The notes under the pieces: model-generated
Told to the model about the DNA's origin: nothing
The model's input: only the letters and a program-made list of their open reading frames with translations
Databases searched by the model: none
Made by a program: the position numbers and the translations under genes
Assembly (NCBI GenBank): GCA_039545335.1
Contig: BCIN01000008.1
Coordinates: forward strand, 321,528 to 385,527
Origin: Kondoa subrosea
Taxonomy: Eukaryota
Direction of reading: 5' to 3'
DNA length: 64,000 nt
Part shown: piece after piece, positions 11,159 to 25,396 of the stretch
Position numbering within the stretch: the first letter of the stretch is position 1
Layout: each line of letters starts with the position of its first letter

Positions 11159-12524
11159 ATGGTTTGATAGATCCTGATAGGATGTAAGACTATTGCAATT
11201 CCTCGGCTGTCTTTACCTGATTCCTTCAGCTTAGCCCTCGACCAGAACCTGCTGGTGAGAAGAAGGTGCCAATCTCAGCAATCTTACTTTTGGCTTATTT
11301 GAGCTGAACGCAACTGTTCAGGAAGCGCCGTACACTGGATGGGATGGTCCTCTTCCTTCGAAAGATGGTGGAGATCAAGAAGAACACTTCATGCACAAGC
11401 CACCGTGAGCTGTCCTCCCAATTCCCGCTTCGAACGCGCTGACTTGAGGCGAAGATATGATTGGAATTCTGAACACTTCAAAGCTGTAGGTCTACGCAAA
11501 TTTGCGAGAAGAGAAGCGCTAAAGAGCACATCAATAGGATTATACAGCAAACTGCTTCTGCGGGAATCTAGCTTTCGAATTTGTTGGAGAGCCTCTATCC
11601 GCGAAGTTCTGTCATGTAAGTGTTCATTCTTCTGTCCATACTGCTTTTTCTAACTTTTTCAATTGTAGTGCAAAGATGTGAGCTTGTCTACTTTTGTGAT
11701 GGTGGCATGCTGAGAGACATCTTTAGTGTCAGAGGATTCAGTAAGCTTGCACACGGAAGCACGTGTTTGAAGCTCAACAGTATGGTAGCGGTGCACCTTT
11801 TCAGCAGTGAGTACTTGACTTGCTGAAGAACTTCCTTTATCTAATCGGCTTGTATTTTTAGTGCTGCGATCTTTCACAAAACTTCAGTTCGAATGACTAA
11901 GAATGAAGACAACGCTCTAGACTTCTATTGTATGCCCTTATTGCTTCGTCTTCTCTATCACAATCATTCAATGCTGATTTGTCTCCTCTCAGCTACCGCT
12001 ATTCACAAGTCTGAGCGTCAGTCCGCAGTCTCTGCAGTCAACAAACACGCTGAAATACTAGAATAGATCATGTTCCTGCCAAAGTCCATTGCCGCAACTG
12101 CACTTCACACATCTTTGTTAGTTTGACCATATTTCAGCGTTTCTTTCTAAATCAAGTGAGCAGGACGAAGGCAAGAATACGGTTTTGAGCTACCCATCTG
12201 CGTTCAAGTAATGTATAACTCAGCTATACTTGTCGCACCGTGCTAATTACGCCAATAGCTTCAAGGATGGCAAATTACCGAAATCTTTCCAAGGCACTTG
12301 CCATATTTTTTACTCTCAAAGAAGTATGGATATCAAGGACGGACAGCCTAAATGGGAAAAACACAAGGGCGGTGTCCTGATCGAGGAAACGAGCGGTGAA
12401 GGTCATTTGATGGTAAGTTTCTACTTAATCTTCTTGTATACGCTAAGTTCAATGCGGGTCTCATCTACAGGGAGGAATGGATGGTCAAGAATCAGTCAAG
12501 AAGAAGAGGAAGTCAGCCGATTAA
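11159..12524 (+). CDS. GFA / CENP-V (Mss4-like) zinc-binding protein, many micro-exons; start uncertain
   Basis: Spliced translation: HKPPY..YTANCFCG..KFCHCKDCQRIHGAPFQHAAIFHK..KVHCRNCTSHIFDEGKN..CHIFYSQR..DGQPKW. Confidence 0.85.
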
Positions 12525-12702
12525 AGCTCGACAGCTTGGATCAGCATTGCACAATGAAAGTATTTCAGCTTCTGGGATCGTCCGCGGCCGATCTGAGTAC
12601 TCAGAGGTACCCACAGCTTGCTGTAATGTCACCTTGAGGCATAGTACTTATTCATGACACATTCATGTTTGAAGTCGACAACTCTTGACACAATACCACG
12701 AG

Positions 12703-15472
12703 ATGGACATTGACGATCTAGATGCTTCGCCAGCATTCAAGATCAAGCGAAAGCCGAAAGCCAATCGTGCTTCGTCGTTGCGCAACGTAGACAGTCCTCA
12801 GTCGTCGAGGGCATCAACTCCAATCAATAATGCAGATTCGGTCGAGGATGAGGCAGAAACGGGCAATATAGTGTTCAAGAGACAGAGTAGCAAGAAAACG
12901 CCTGGTTCGAGAGCTGCTTCTAGTATTGCAAGCGAGAGCAAAACGAAATCTAGACTCAGCTTTGGTTTGCCAAATCCTGATGACCAGGTCAGCAGTTCCC
13001 TGTATCTGATATACCATAGACTGATTGCATTGATCAGAACACCAATGATGCAGCCAGCCCTAGACCTACAAGAGTCTACCTGCGCAACTCTGATGCAAAC
13101 TCATCCTTCGCAGACTCGCCTGCTCCGTATGTATTACACCTCAGAGCTAATATATACGCTAATCGTTTGTACAGTGAACGCTCTGTCTACTCAAAAGAAC
13201 ATCTTTCGGAACTCAAAGCTACAACACAAAGTACAGCAAGTCGGTTCGACGAACTCACCTTACAGAAATATGGCGATGCCGCTCTTCTAGAAGCAGAGAA
13301 ACCGGACGAACTGATACCTACGTCAAATGCTATAGCTGCAGCTAAAATGAAAAGGGAATTAGCTAGGAAAGTTGGTCACGTAGCAGATACGGAAGCGGAT
13401 GGTTTCATTTCCCTTGATGTTGGTTTCGCACAAAAGAGTGGAGAGAGTAGATTTGTCAGGGAAGAAGATGAGATTGGTGAAGGAGCAGATACAGTCATGC
13501 AAGATTTCACTGGCGAAAGTGAAATTGTGGCTTTAGGGTCTCAAGCGAGGAAGAAGAGCGCTAAAGACAAGAAATTGGGCGTGAGTGAATTGATTGATGA
13601 AGCTGAAGAAGACTTTGGCGAAAGAGACGACGAAGCTATGGAATGGGAGAATGCTCAAATACGAAGAGGAGGGAATAGGATAGTGCTTATGGACACGTCG
13701 AATCAAGATCGATCGTACAAACCTACACCTAGTCAGTGTCTCTTTTTCTCTGCCATGTTGTGGCTAGTGGTAAAGAGGTTTTCTGACAGTTCCTGCAACT
13801 TCGCCTTTGCCTACTTTGTCTTCTGTGCAATCTCGCCTTAAAGCTTCGCTCAAAACTCTCAAGGAAACGCAAGTAGCCAACGAGAAGATCTTAGAACAAG
13901 GCCAGAGAGAAGTAACTGATCTGAATACGCAAGAAGCAGAACTTCGATCGGAAGTCGAAAGAGTCAACACGAAGCTTGAATGGTTTGTGGCTTTTGCCAA
14001 TTGGATAGAAGATGTGGCTTCTTTCCTAGATGCAAAGGTCCGTCGCATTCTACTTGCCAAAACATTGAATTCTGACATCGCATCCGAATGACAGTTTCCT
14101 CTTCTAGAATCTATAGAAAAGGACAATCTTTCTATCCAACGCGAAAGATTGGCTATAATCACTAAACGACGCTACGAAGATGATGCAGACGATCTATCTC
14201 TCTTCACCGGTTCCCCCGTTTCTATCGATTTGATACAGAAACCGTCAGAGCAGGATCTAGATCCCGAACTTCAACAGCAACAGAACATAATTCGAGATGA
14301 TCCGCAATCAGCTATGCGATCCGCTAGACGGATGGACCGAAACATGCGAATGAATGCAGAACGACAAGCGAGACAAGTAGAAGATGGGTATTCCACAGAA
14401 GACGTTCTATCTCCTTTTGATGCTATGGATCTATCAACGGCTGTGACTACTCTACAAACGAATCTGAATAAATTGTTTGATGATGTTCAGGTTGATATTT
14501 GGCGCGAAGCGGAACTAGGCGTTGGACCAAGGTTCTTAGAATGGCTTGAGAAGTACAGAGAAGAATATGAGAAATCATATGCTGGCTTATCTATGATTGG
14601 TGTATGGGAGTTCTGGGCAAGAGTTGAATTGAGCATGTGGAACCCTTTTGCTGTAAGTCGTAGAGTCACTCGCCTGGGCTTAACAATCTAATTATAAAGA
14701 CAGGTACCTCAACTACCTGCTTCGCCGGCTGATCTTGAAGCGTTCAAATGGCATACTGCATTGTCAAATTACGCACATCAAGCTGGTCAAACTTCAGCGG
14801 AAGACAATGTCGTTGGAGCACTGGTAGCGGACGTAGTCGTTCCAAGACTTCAAGAGCTGGCTAAGACAGCTTACGATCCATTCTCGACTTCGGCTACCAC
14901 TAAAGCACTCAATTTGGTAGAGGAAGTTACATACTGCGTGGACCGGAACGGAAGGAAGTTTGAAGTGCGTAGAAACCTTAGCCATTACTTGTCGAAGCTG
15001 ATCGGAGCGCTCCATGTAGACACTCGTACAAGCTTTCCTTTCTCGAATACTTTCAGCCGTTCAATTGGCTCAACAACTTGTTCTTCCTCACCTTGAAGCG
15101 ATTGCGTCACCGCGAACAGCTCTTACTCCAGAATCAATCGCAGCAAGACAACGATTTGCTCTTCGTCAGCTGAAACTTATCTCTCAAGCTGTTCGCTGGC
15201 GGAAGTTTGCGAAGTCAATACCTATCCAGAACATCAATTCCGCTCCGGTAACTTTGGATGAATTGTTGGGCGAGAGACTGGTCGGACAAGTAACACTACC
15301 AATACTTGAAGCGGGCTGGCAGACTGGAGGCAAAGAACTAGCAGCGAGAGTAAGTTGCTTTCATTCCCATTCAGTGAATGAGATGCTCATCAGTTGCATC
15401 AAGACTCTGGCTAGTTTCCCGGCTGGGTTCTTCTGGCCTATTAGGATTCGCAATAGATTAGAAGCAATGTAG
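12703..15472 (+). CDS. NTR2: NTR2 / GCFC2-PAXBP1-like spliceosome disassembly factor (GCFC domain)
   Basis: SRLSF, YSKEHLSELKATTQST, MEWENAQIRRGG, FLEWLEKYREEYEKSYAGLSM..WEFWARVE, YDPFS. Confidence 0.8.
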
Positions 15473-16087
15473 ATATCTGGTCATGTTTTCCCGCTTCAAC
15501 GACTCTCTCGACCAATCTAGCTATTCGGGCCTGCCAGTACATCTCAGATATCGCCGCAAATAGCGAGCGAGGTAGAACTATGTAAGTACAGGCATTTCGG
15601 GCTAGGCTATGAAACACTTCAATTGGTCAAGACCAATTTCTCATGTTCGCTCGGAATGCCAGACAAAGGCTCGTAGGCCAGCTCTGCACATACCCTCATC
15701 AAAAGTATGTATCGTGTGGTGAAGCAATCGACCCTTTACTCGAGCTTTCTTACACTTGTTGCTACGAAGGAATAACTCTTCTCCGCCAGGAACTCCTGCT
15801 TGTCGCTCGTTCAGTAGTCTGCCGCTCTGGAATAGGAAGTGTAAGCCGACAAGTATCGCTGCCAGCAGAAGGCAATTGATGTGGAACGTCGGCCTATCCT
15901 GAAGAGGTGAAATGCTCTGTCACGCTTTTTGGTGATTATCTCGTATCGACCACTCTTGCACAAGATTGTGATCATCTCAATGTCTTCGTGGCGGTGCTCA
16001 GAGTCATCCTTCGGACGATTGACTGACTTGGTTCAATAATCTTGTCCCGCTACCTTGACTCAACAATCAATCTATCGGCTGTCTGTC

Positions 16088-17381
16088 ATGATATGGTCAA
16101 GTCTCCATTATGTAATTCTATCTTGGCTTCTCAGTCCAGTCAGCAGCGATTGCCCAAGTAACAGCATCGCCTTCGAGCATTCTTATACCAGTGGAGAACT
16201 CGCCAGCAAATGGAAGTTTGACAATACAGAGGTCGGAGCTGGTAAACAGACGGAAGATAAAGACAGCGCTTTGAACTTTAAGATGCCCGCGAAGTTATCG
16301 TCGTCTCAAATGTCGCCTCAAATGACATCTCCAGACACCTTCATTGTGGGTTCAGATAGCGATCCACTAGTCTATGCAGTCAAATTCGGTTTCTCTACCG
16401 ATGGAGATACCAAAGGATCTGGCCTCATGCGATGGATGAATATTGACAAAGACTCTGCCGATACCTTGTTTTCGGTGCTGGAGATCACTGGAAGCTTGTC
16501 TCCAGAATCTCCTCAAGGAGCCACCAACAACGGTATTGTATCAAGCTATAACCTAGCCGGAAATCTAGTATCATCCGATACAAATGTGAAGTTTGATTCA
16601 AGCTTGAAAGCTGTGGATTGGCAGTATGGTCATGTAGGCTACTTTGTACCCGGTCAAGGCCCCTCTGCTGAAGAACCAAGCATTCCTTATACTCTTTCCG
16701 CATCAATGGGCTCTTCCAGTTGCAAAATCTCTGGACACCGAGACTCTTCTGATGATGCTACTTTGCTAAGCTATGGTTTTTCCCCGAAGCAAAATGTTCC
16801 ACCTCTGTATCTAGTAATCGGTATCAGTCCGCCTGCAACGCTTTATTCCCTTTATATCAAAGGTTGCAAAGGTTCGAGATCTTGTTCTATCTCAGCAGCA
16901 ATCGATCTGATCTGAATCGCGAGTAGTGGCTACTCCTGATGAGATCAATGCTCAAAAGCAAGCTTCTGATCAAGCAAACGCCTCAGCTGCTGCTGTCAAA
17001 TCTCGGGCGGAAGCAGACGCAGCCAAAATCACCACATCTGGTGCTACAACCTCTTCTCCACAAACGCCAGCACCTATCACATCTTCGTCCAGTCCACAAG
17101 TATCTCCTTTGCCTGCTCCACAATCTTCTCAGCCATCACCTTTGTCGGGCCAAGATATTGTCCTGACATCTTCGATCGAAGTCACTAGGATCGGGACCGT
17201 CTCAAATGGCCCTAGCATTATGAATGAGAAGAAAGTGCTCACTGTCACTGCATCTACCACAGTGAAACCATCTCATGTAACTGGAGCAGTCTCTAACAGT
17301 AGCTCGAGTCGGACAAGGGGAAGATTTGTTTGGGTTGCTTTTATTCCGCTGATGTACCCTTTCTGTCATATTGTAATGTAA
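16088..17381 (+). CDS. Secreted / putative GPI-anchored protein of unknown function (beta-rich domain plus Ser/Thr/Pro stalk)
   Basis: Signal peptide MIWSSLHYVILSWLLSPVSS, ~240 aa globular region, one intron near 16872-16926, S/T/P-rich linker, hydrophobic C-terminus. Confidence 0.7.
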
Positions 17382-17493
17382 AACTAGAGCTTGTATGCGT
17401 CCTCCCGATGTTGTGTCTGTAATGTGGCGCTATCGGTTTGTTATCGCGTTTTCTGGGGTTGTCCGCTTTGAGCGACATCGCATTGAGCGCAAG

Positions 17494-18801
17494 ATGGCCA
17501 CTTTTGCTCGCCCTGTACCGCAGCAACGCCGTCGCGAGAGGGAACCGGAGGAGGATCAAGAGGATGCAGAGAGTTCAGCAGACGAGATCAGTTATGCACG
17601 AATCCGAGTGAAAGCGGCAACTCACACCACCAAAGATTGGGTTGTCTATTCGCCCTCAGCACGTAGCTCTTCATTGGGAAGCAACCGATCTTCTGCTCAA
17701 AGCCTTATAGCCAGCCCTGATATTGCACCTTCTTCCCGAATCTTACCTCCAGCTCATGATGGGCAAGGTTCGTTTACTGCGTCAAACTCACCAGAACAAC
17801 AACAAGTAGTACTTCTTTCTGAAGCAGAAGCAGAATGGTCTGTTGATGATCTAGGCGAAGAACTTTCATACCCCGAATCGCTTTCATCGTTATCTTCCCG
17901 TGATTTCTCACCTGCTCCTTCTTCCTCTCGAGCTCAATTGACCGCTTCTGCCTTACAAGCTGCTTCACAAGAAGCGCAAGAAGCACAAGAAGACGCCGAT
18001 GCAGCTATCTTAACTTCCGATGAACTGGATCCTGATGATCCTCAATTACAATCTGCTGGATTAGCTCCGAGATCAACAAGTAGTAGTAGTACTAAAGAAA
18101 GTCGATCAATCGCAAGTGGTGTGAAAAGAAGACATAGAAAAGCAGGATTAAGTGATAAAGGTAGTAAAAGAAGCAATACTTCTCCTTCTACTTCTCAGTT
18201 ATTGCTTTTGCAACCACTTCGAGCTGTTGCAACCGGAAATCAAAAGACTGTGATAAGAAGAGATGAGTCGCCTGTACCGTTATCAAAGAGTAGAGGACAA
18301 GGAGGAAGAGCAAGTAGATGGGATATAGCTAAAAGAGTCTTGAATTTGGATGAAGAGATTTTGGAAATGATTGCTGAATCAGCAGTTGGGCCAGTCAGAT
18401 CGTGAGCGGAATCTATATTGCATCAATCAGCTTTGTGCTGATGTGCCATGAGATTTGTTTGCTCACAGATCTCGATCAAACACTTTGCCAAGACATTTAG
18501 ATCTAGAACAAGGCGAAACTGCTCTACATACTTATATTCGTTCGACTGCACTAGAAGACGATGGGGATGAAACAGAAACAGAATCTCGACCTGCTTTAAG
18601 ACCTAGAAGAGTTTCACAACGGTTGTCAAGCAGACCAACTGGTATTGGGACAGAGAATGAAGTGCCTAGCATGCTCGAAGGGGTGAGCGTCGCCGTCGTA
18701 CCGTGATTCCGTCATCGCTCATAGGACCTGGCTTGCCACAGCTTCAAGATGCGATCTCGTACTGGCGACGAGTCGTGTATCGTATGATCAGCGGGGTCTG
18801 A
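17494..18801 (+). CDS. Hypothetical Ser-rich, largely disordered protein
   Basis: ~300-codon first exon plus two spliced exons ending ..YWRRVVYRMISGV*. Confidence 0.65.
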
Positions 18802-19036
18802 TCTGATTCAAGCGCATGTTACTGGTGTTGCTGTAGATTTGTTTGGACCTGTATTGTCTTTTTGTTCCACCCCCTGTCAGTTTCTATGTTGTTGTAGCAT
18901 AGCATTGTATTACAAGTAGAAGGAAAGGGTCAATGCAGAAATGCTAAAATCGGTGCATGCACTATTACAAAAAAAGCCGAAGGGAAAGAGGCAAAGTCTA
19001 AACGAAACGATACCATAGCAGCAATACGAATCAACG

Positions 19037-20198
19037 CTACTGATCCGTAATGATTCCTTCGTTCAGTTCTGCCAAAGGTGCTAATTCCTTCTTATCGATC
19101 AAGTTGAATTCATGTACGAAGAGCAAGAAATGTCGGTATGAGGTATTAATATGAGCTGTCAATTCAACACTTTCTCTTAGCATCTCATCGTGCTAAGGAA
19201 AAGGTAAGAACTGACCTTCAATACTCAAAGCGCATAATTGAGCGAAATGATGATTGTATAAATGAGCGTACACTCTGAACAAACGTCGAACGATGGATTT
19301 GATAGTCGAGTGGAAAGTTCTTGGAAAAGGTACACCAATCTTAGATGGGAAGATGGATTCGTCGTCCAACATGCCTTGAACCCAATTCATCAACGCGTCG
19401 ACGTATTCTTTATCCATTATTAGATAACGAGCAAACGAAAACGCACAACAAGATTACCTGGTGCTGAGAGTTTTGTGGGCTTCTTGTAATTGACTCCATC
19501 TTGCCAATGATATTCATATCTGTGCATTACGCGAAGCTTGGTATAAGCTGAGGCTACTACCAGATCCGTTCATCGCACCTTGGTCCAGCGCACATGACTG
19601 GGCATTCTTCCGGCGTACAGAATTCAGTTACAGTTCCGTATAGCTGTCACGAAATCCGGGTGTTAGCATGAAATGATGCTACAAACCCGATTAGCTGACC
19701 ATATTGATTTGGTTGAAGAAGTCCACAGCTGTAGATGAACAATTAAGCATCAGCACAAGCTGAAAGCCTTGACATTCATCACCTACTGTTCACTGCTAGC
19801 CATTCGTTCAAGTCTTCACCTTCAGGCAGAATCACAGCCATTCGTAAGTTGCCTGAACCGAGCGTAGCTTCCGCATATCTGTTTCGCAGCCCGTCAGTGC
19901 TGCCTTGTAGAGGTGAATTTAAGAGAAGTACTTCTTGAGTTGGTACTGTTTGTTGTCATGGGTTTCAAGTGACAACGTAGTCGATGGGAACAGCTGACCT
20001 GCTTTGTACCTTCTGCTACATTCTACAAGGCCATAACATGGATCAGCCAGTGATAGGAGCGCGTTTAAGGGGATTCGCTCAAACCTTCTTTGGTTTGAAG
20101 GTCGTTTTCTTGGAAGCCCTGTAACACAGGCATACAAGTCAGTCACAGATGACTCGGAACTGTAGATCCTGTGCTTACAAGCCTGTGAAGAATGACAT
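19037..20198 (-). CDS. MOB1: Mob1 kinase activator
   Basis: [82 protein letters not shown]. Confidence 0.95.
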
Positions 20199-20349
20199 AT
20201 TAGAAGATGCTTGTGTTTGGACAACAGAGTAAACAAATATTTCGAAGAGGTTGGTGTAAAGCGGCGACTGGGTGCTTGTTCTCTTCTGTCTGTGCCCTCT
20301 GTGTGCTGTGTTTGTCCAGTGTCAATCAGCTGTGTGGTCTATTAGCGCA

Positions 20350-22568
20350 ATGGCTTCTCTCCGCTCAAGCGTACATCGTCTAGCTCGTACTCGGTCCATA
20401 CATACAGCAGCATCTAAACCTGCTTCTCCACTACTTAGATCTTCTCTAGCTTTCATTCTCGCTTCAACAGCAATAGTAGGGTACACACTCTCTCGACCTG
20501 CATTACAACTAGATGCTAATCTACATCCGGCGTCAACTGCTTCTGTACCTGCTCCGGAAGTTGGGAAAGGACTCAAGTTGATCAAAGCTGAAGAAGTCAG
20601 GAAGCATAACAAAAGGGATGATTGCTGGGTCGTTCTGGAGAATGAAGTTTGGGAGTGAGTCGCTAGCAACGTGCTTCAACGATGAAGGAGCTGACGGATT
20701 ACTTAAGTGTGACGGACTTCTTGGACAAGCATGTTAGTCCATGCAAGGATCAGAGTTGAACATAAGACTGATTTATCGATAGCCTGGAGGGGCGAACGTA
20801 GTACTGCAAAAAGCAGGGAAAGATGCAACGTACGCATACTTCTCCCCATCTGTGTGCTGGCCAACGTGACTTGTAGGGCCATCTTCAAATCCCTACATCC
20901 ACCAAATACTTTGAAAGACAACCTCTCACCATCTCAGCATATCGGCACTTTAGATCCATCCTCCGCATCAGAACTTCAAGACAAATCCTCTGGTCCTTCT
21001 GAACTAGAACTAGTAGAAGAACGTCGTTCCTCTCTCGGTCCAATATTAAGTATGGTCAATCTTCACGATTTTGCAATCGCAGCCGAACATGTCCTTGGTT
21101 CACAAAGTCAAGCTTTTGCTTATTACGCTAGTGCGGCAGATGATGAAAGTGCTATGAAAAAGAATAGGAATGCTTTTAGTTATTTGAACCTTTTGCCTAG
21201 GGTATTGATTCCTGTTACTCAAGTGGATCTGAGAACAACATTTTTGGGTAAAGAAGTTCCATTACCTGTGTTCATAGGTTCGAGATTTTTGCTCTTTTAA
21301 TCAGGCTTTTGTTTTCTGATCTGTGGGCTATGGAATTCGAACAGCTCCAGCAGCTTTAGCGAAATTAGGACATCCAGAAGGAGAAAAGAACTTAACTAGA
21401 GGAGCAGCATCATATGGAGCAGTTCAATGTATCTCTTCCAACGCTTCTTGTTCTTTGGAAGAATTGTTTAAAGCACGAGATGAAGCTAAAGTGGAAGAAG
21501 GAAAGAAAGAAGCGAAACTTTGGTTCCAGTTGTATGTGAATCGAGATCGGGAAAAGAGCGAGGCTGTGGTGAGGAAAGCTGTTGAGTGAGCACAGCTGCT
21601 ATTCTGTTGGTAACAAGCGATACTGATAGGAATCCATAGAGGAGGATGTGAGGCCATCGTATTGACTGTTGATGCTCCTGTTGGCGGCAAGAGAGAAAGG
21701 GATCTAAGGGCTAAGGGTGACTATGCGGATGATAATCTAGGCAAAAGCGATTCTGTGAGTGGAGGTAAGTCAACCAAGACAGCTATTGTACAAGCTGATG
21801 CTCAGAATAGCACAATTCTCATATCTTGATGGTATGTACTGAGTCTTCATATAATGAGACGCGCTGACTTGCAATCTAGCCGACCTCGCATGGAAAGACA
21901 TTGAGTGGATCAAGTCTATAGCGCCTCAAACACCGCTCCTGATCAAAGGCATAAGTCAGTGTGCTTTTCCTTGATGACCCAGCAACTAAAGCTGAAGCGA
22001 CGCAGGTACACCCGAGGATGTCGAACTCGCTTACGAACATGGATGTACAGGAGTAATCCTCAGTAATCATGGCGGTCGACAGCTTGACGCGTAAGCTTGC
22101 TATCTCATTGAATACTGTATGCTGAGACAACAACAGAGCACCGGCACCGCTAGCGGTATTAATTCGACTGAGACAACAAGCACAATTCGCCAAGCGACAA
22201 TCAGAGGGCTTTGAAATATATATCGACGGAGGTGTGAGAAGAGGAACGGATGTAGTGAAAGCACTTTGCTGCGGAGCAACTGGTGTTGCTCTAGGTAGAC
22301 CTTTCTTGTATGCTCAGGTAAGTCTGCTGTTTGTTCGCTGAAGGAGGCTTATACTCTGATCAGTCATGTTATGGAGAACAAGGAGTAAAGAGAGTATTTG
22401 ACAGTGAGTTCGATCGTACCTTTCTGCTGGTCCATTACTCACTTTGCTACAGTAATGAACGAAGAAATAGCGACAACGATGCGATTGCTGGGCGTTAATA
22501 ACGTAAAACAGCTAGGACCGCAGCATGTTGAGCTAGTGGATGGTTTGCTAGGTAAGTCAATAGTGTAA
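20350..22568 (+). CDS. CYB2: Flavocytochrome b2 family FMN-dependent alpha-hydroxy acid dehydrogenase (L-lactate/L-mandelate), mitochondrial
   Basis: Targeting peptide, cytochrome b5 domain ([14 protein letters not shown]), [45 protein letters not shown]. Confidence 0.9.
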
Positions 22569-22618
22569 AATGAACTGAATATGCGAATTGTACAAGGGTG
22601 ATGTAAAATAAGAACTGT

Positions 22619-24121
22619 CTATACAACTTCCAGCTGTTGCGAGTCCTTCGTCTTCTTATACTTTAGGATCCAAGGATGCCTCAGTACATCTGCTATCGGT
22701 AAGCGGTCTTCAGGATCATGTCGCAGTAGCTGCGCAGAAATCAAGTCAGCCTACTCTCTGACCATATGAGATTTGATTTGACGCACACTCTTGATCAAAT
22801 CCTTCGCTTCAGCCGAAACAGTCTCAGGGATCTTCAAATCGACCTTTGCTATCCTCTTGTACGTCGCTTGCGCCCCACTGAGCTCTTCAAAAGGTGGAGC
22901 GCCGACCAAGAACTCATACGTCAATACTCCGAGCGCCCAAAGATCGACTTCTCTTGTATGATGCTTGCCTTCGACCATTTCTGGAGGTAGGTAATCAAGA
23001 GTTCCGCAAAGTGTTGAACGACTATCAATCTTTTCAGCTCGACCTAAATCAGAAGAAAAATAGCTCACCGATCCGACGGAGCATGCACTGACCAACCGAA
23101 GTCGCCTATTTTGAGATCGCCATTCAAGCCAAGCAGAATGTTCTCAGGTTTGATATCTCGATGAATGACATGTTTCTTATGCAGATATTGCAGAGCATCG
23201 GCCATTTGAGCAATGTACTGTCGGTGGAGTTCGCATCCTATCAGCGATATACTGAATAGGCGACAAATCTCACCGACCCTTGACGACCTCTTCTCGCTGA
23301 ACTTTCCATGTTTCGACAATTGCTTGTACAGTTCTCCCTTTCCAGCAAACTCAAGCATCAAGAAGATCCGCTTCTCATCATGAAAATAACCATGCAGTCT
23401 AAGGATATGAGGATGCCGAAGATTGGATTGGATTTCGATTTCCCTTCGCGTTTGTTTCTCTACTTTATCCTTGACGAGTTCTGATTTGTAGAGACACTTC
23501 AAAGCGAGAATGTATTGAAATTCAGTATGTTTTGTTCGGACCATGTAGACTCTGCCGAATTTGCCTTTGCCTAGAGCACGACCTAGTTCGAAATCTGAAA
23601 ATTTCCAAGGTTTCGTTGGGCGGGTCAGTCTTCGCATACAATGAGCTCAATTACGACAAGAGCAGTGAAGTGACATACTTTGAAGAGCTAGAATCCAATG
23701 CCAATTCCGTCGCTGCTTCGCCTCCAATCACATCACCTCGGGCAGCTGCCTCATCCCTTTCCAAGCCTCCGTCATACCGACCGAAATCTAATGAAGGAGC
23801 AGCAACAGGCTGAGAAGAAGATGCAACAGAAGATTGGGAAGATGGAACGGAGCGAATAGAGGAAGTGGAAGGTACAGCATTCGAGGCAGGCCGTGTTGGC
23901 TTGAAAGTAGCAGTTTGCGATTGCGAAGTCGTTTGGATCTTAGTCAGAGGAGCTCTACTTTCTGTCTCATTAGTCTTTGCAGCTCGAAACTGTGACATAC
24001 AAAGTCAGACACAATCCTTGTGTTTACTTTTTGCTATGATCTCGCTCACTTTGGACTGGAGCTTGCTGCTGCCTTCAGGATCCAAGCTCAAGGCTGAAAG
24101 TCGCGTGTCTAGCGTACTCAT
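22619..24121 (-). CDS. IPL1: Aurora kinase (Ipl1/Ark1)
   Basis: [60 protein letters not shown]. Confidence 0.95.
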
Positions 24122-24357
24122 CAGGCGCGAAAGTCGTTGTGCTGGATCAACCAAGGACTTCAGAATTGAAGCCAAGCGAGCGGAAGACGTTTAAGTGACG
24201 TTCAGCTAGAATTGGTCACACTGAACAAGGCCACAATTGAGAGAGACGCGAGTGCAAGTCATAACACAGTGTTATAGATACAATGAAACTCTAAAATGGA
24301 ACGGATACAAGGGAATTGGAAGTAATCATAAGGCTGTGCGATACACCCTAGCTCAGA

Positions 24358-25396
24358 CTAGCTTGAGGTGGCCGAAGTATTTGGCTTGTGGGTGAAAAGA
24401 TTCCTGATCTGCTGAGAGTGAGCGGGCGTCAAGTTGCTACCTTGTACGCGCGTGCCCAGAGCCGTCGCGACTGCGGCTTTATGATACTGATGATGAATAG
24501 CTTGCCTGTTGGTGCTGGAAAGCTCTTCCAGCCTTCTAAGCACCTTATCGAAGTCCACTTTAAAACCTGGCAGGCGGTTGAGATTCTCTGGCTTCAAGTC
24601 GAGTTTGGGCAAGTCGAGCACTTCTTTCCGGATATTTTCAAGCATCTTGGAAATGGGAGGACAAAGCAAGACCATCTGCTTGGACAGGAAAATGTTGTGG
24701 ACAGCATTCAAAGAGGACTCCAACAATGGGATGAATGATTTGAAGTGTCCGGCGAAATCATCGGATGGTTTGATGTTGAGGTGAATTTGGATAGACAAGC
24801 TAGCAGAAAGTAAGGCAAGCTGAATGAGACGAATGATGCTGTGTAACTGAAAAGATGTTAGCAATGATACGGCGGACCACTAAACAAAAGCATCATAACT
24901 GACTCGACCGCATATATAGTGACAAATGCGCCAATGAGAAGAATTGGTGCTATCATGGTTGGGCCAAGCTTGAGCAGGTGCATACTTGCAATCGGAAGGA
25001 TCGCGGATTGTTGAGACAACTCCGGAAATGTCAGCGCATTGGGACTTGATCTGCTCTTGTATCTTCGTATAGTTGCCTTCCAAGGCTATAGACCTGATGT
25101 TCGAAGGAGCAGACCCAAGTCCGATCTTGAGGTATTCGTAGTTGTGCTGATCGCCAACATGTTTAGTATATTCCTGTATCTTTACAGGGGCAGCTTGCGA
25201 TCACAGCATATTCCATAAGGTAGACTGTACTTCCCAGCGCGATCTCAAAAGTTCGCAATCCGTGTAGCGAGTTGATGACATGGTCAAGCGTGTAAGATTT
25301 CGGCAGCTTATGAGCATTGCTGTCGTAACGTAACGCCTTGGCGGCTTCAAGGAATGATTCCTTGAGTGCATTGGATTGCTCTGGGATCGGATTCAT
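24358..25396 (-). CDS. Hypothetical helical protein (no family recognised)
   Basis: Three consecutive minus-strand ORF segments joined by GT-AG introns; upstream TATA-like tataag. Confidence 0.6.

Noticed and set aside
10927..11877. Minus-strand ORFs between the CDF and NTR2 genes
   Set aside because: They are antisense shadows of the plus-strand GFA gene and its promoter.
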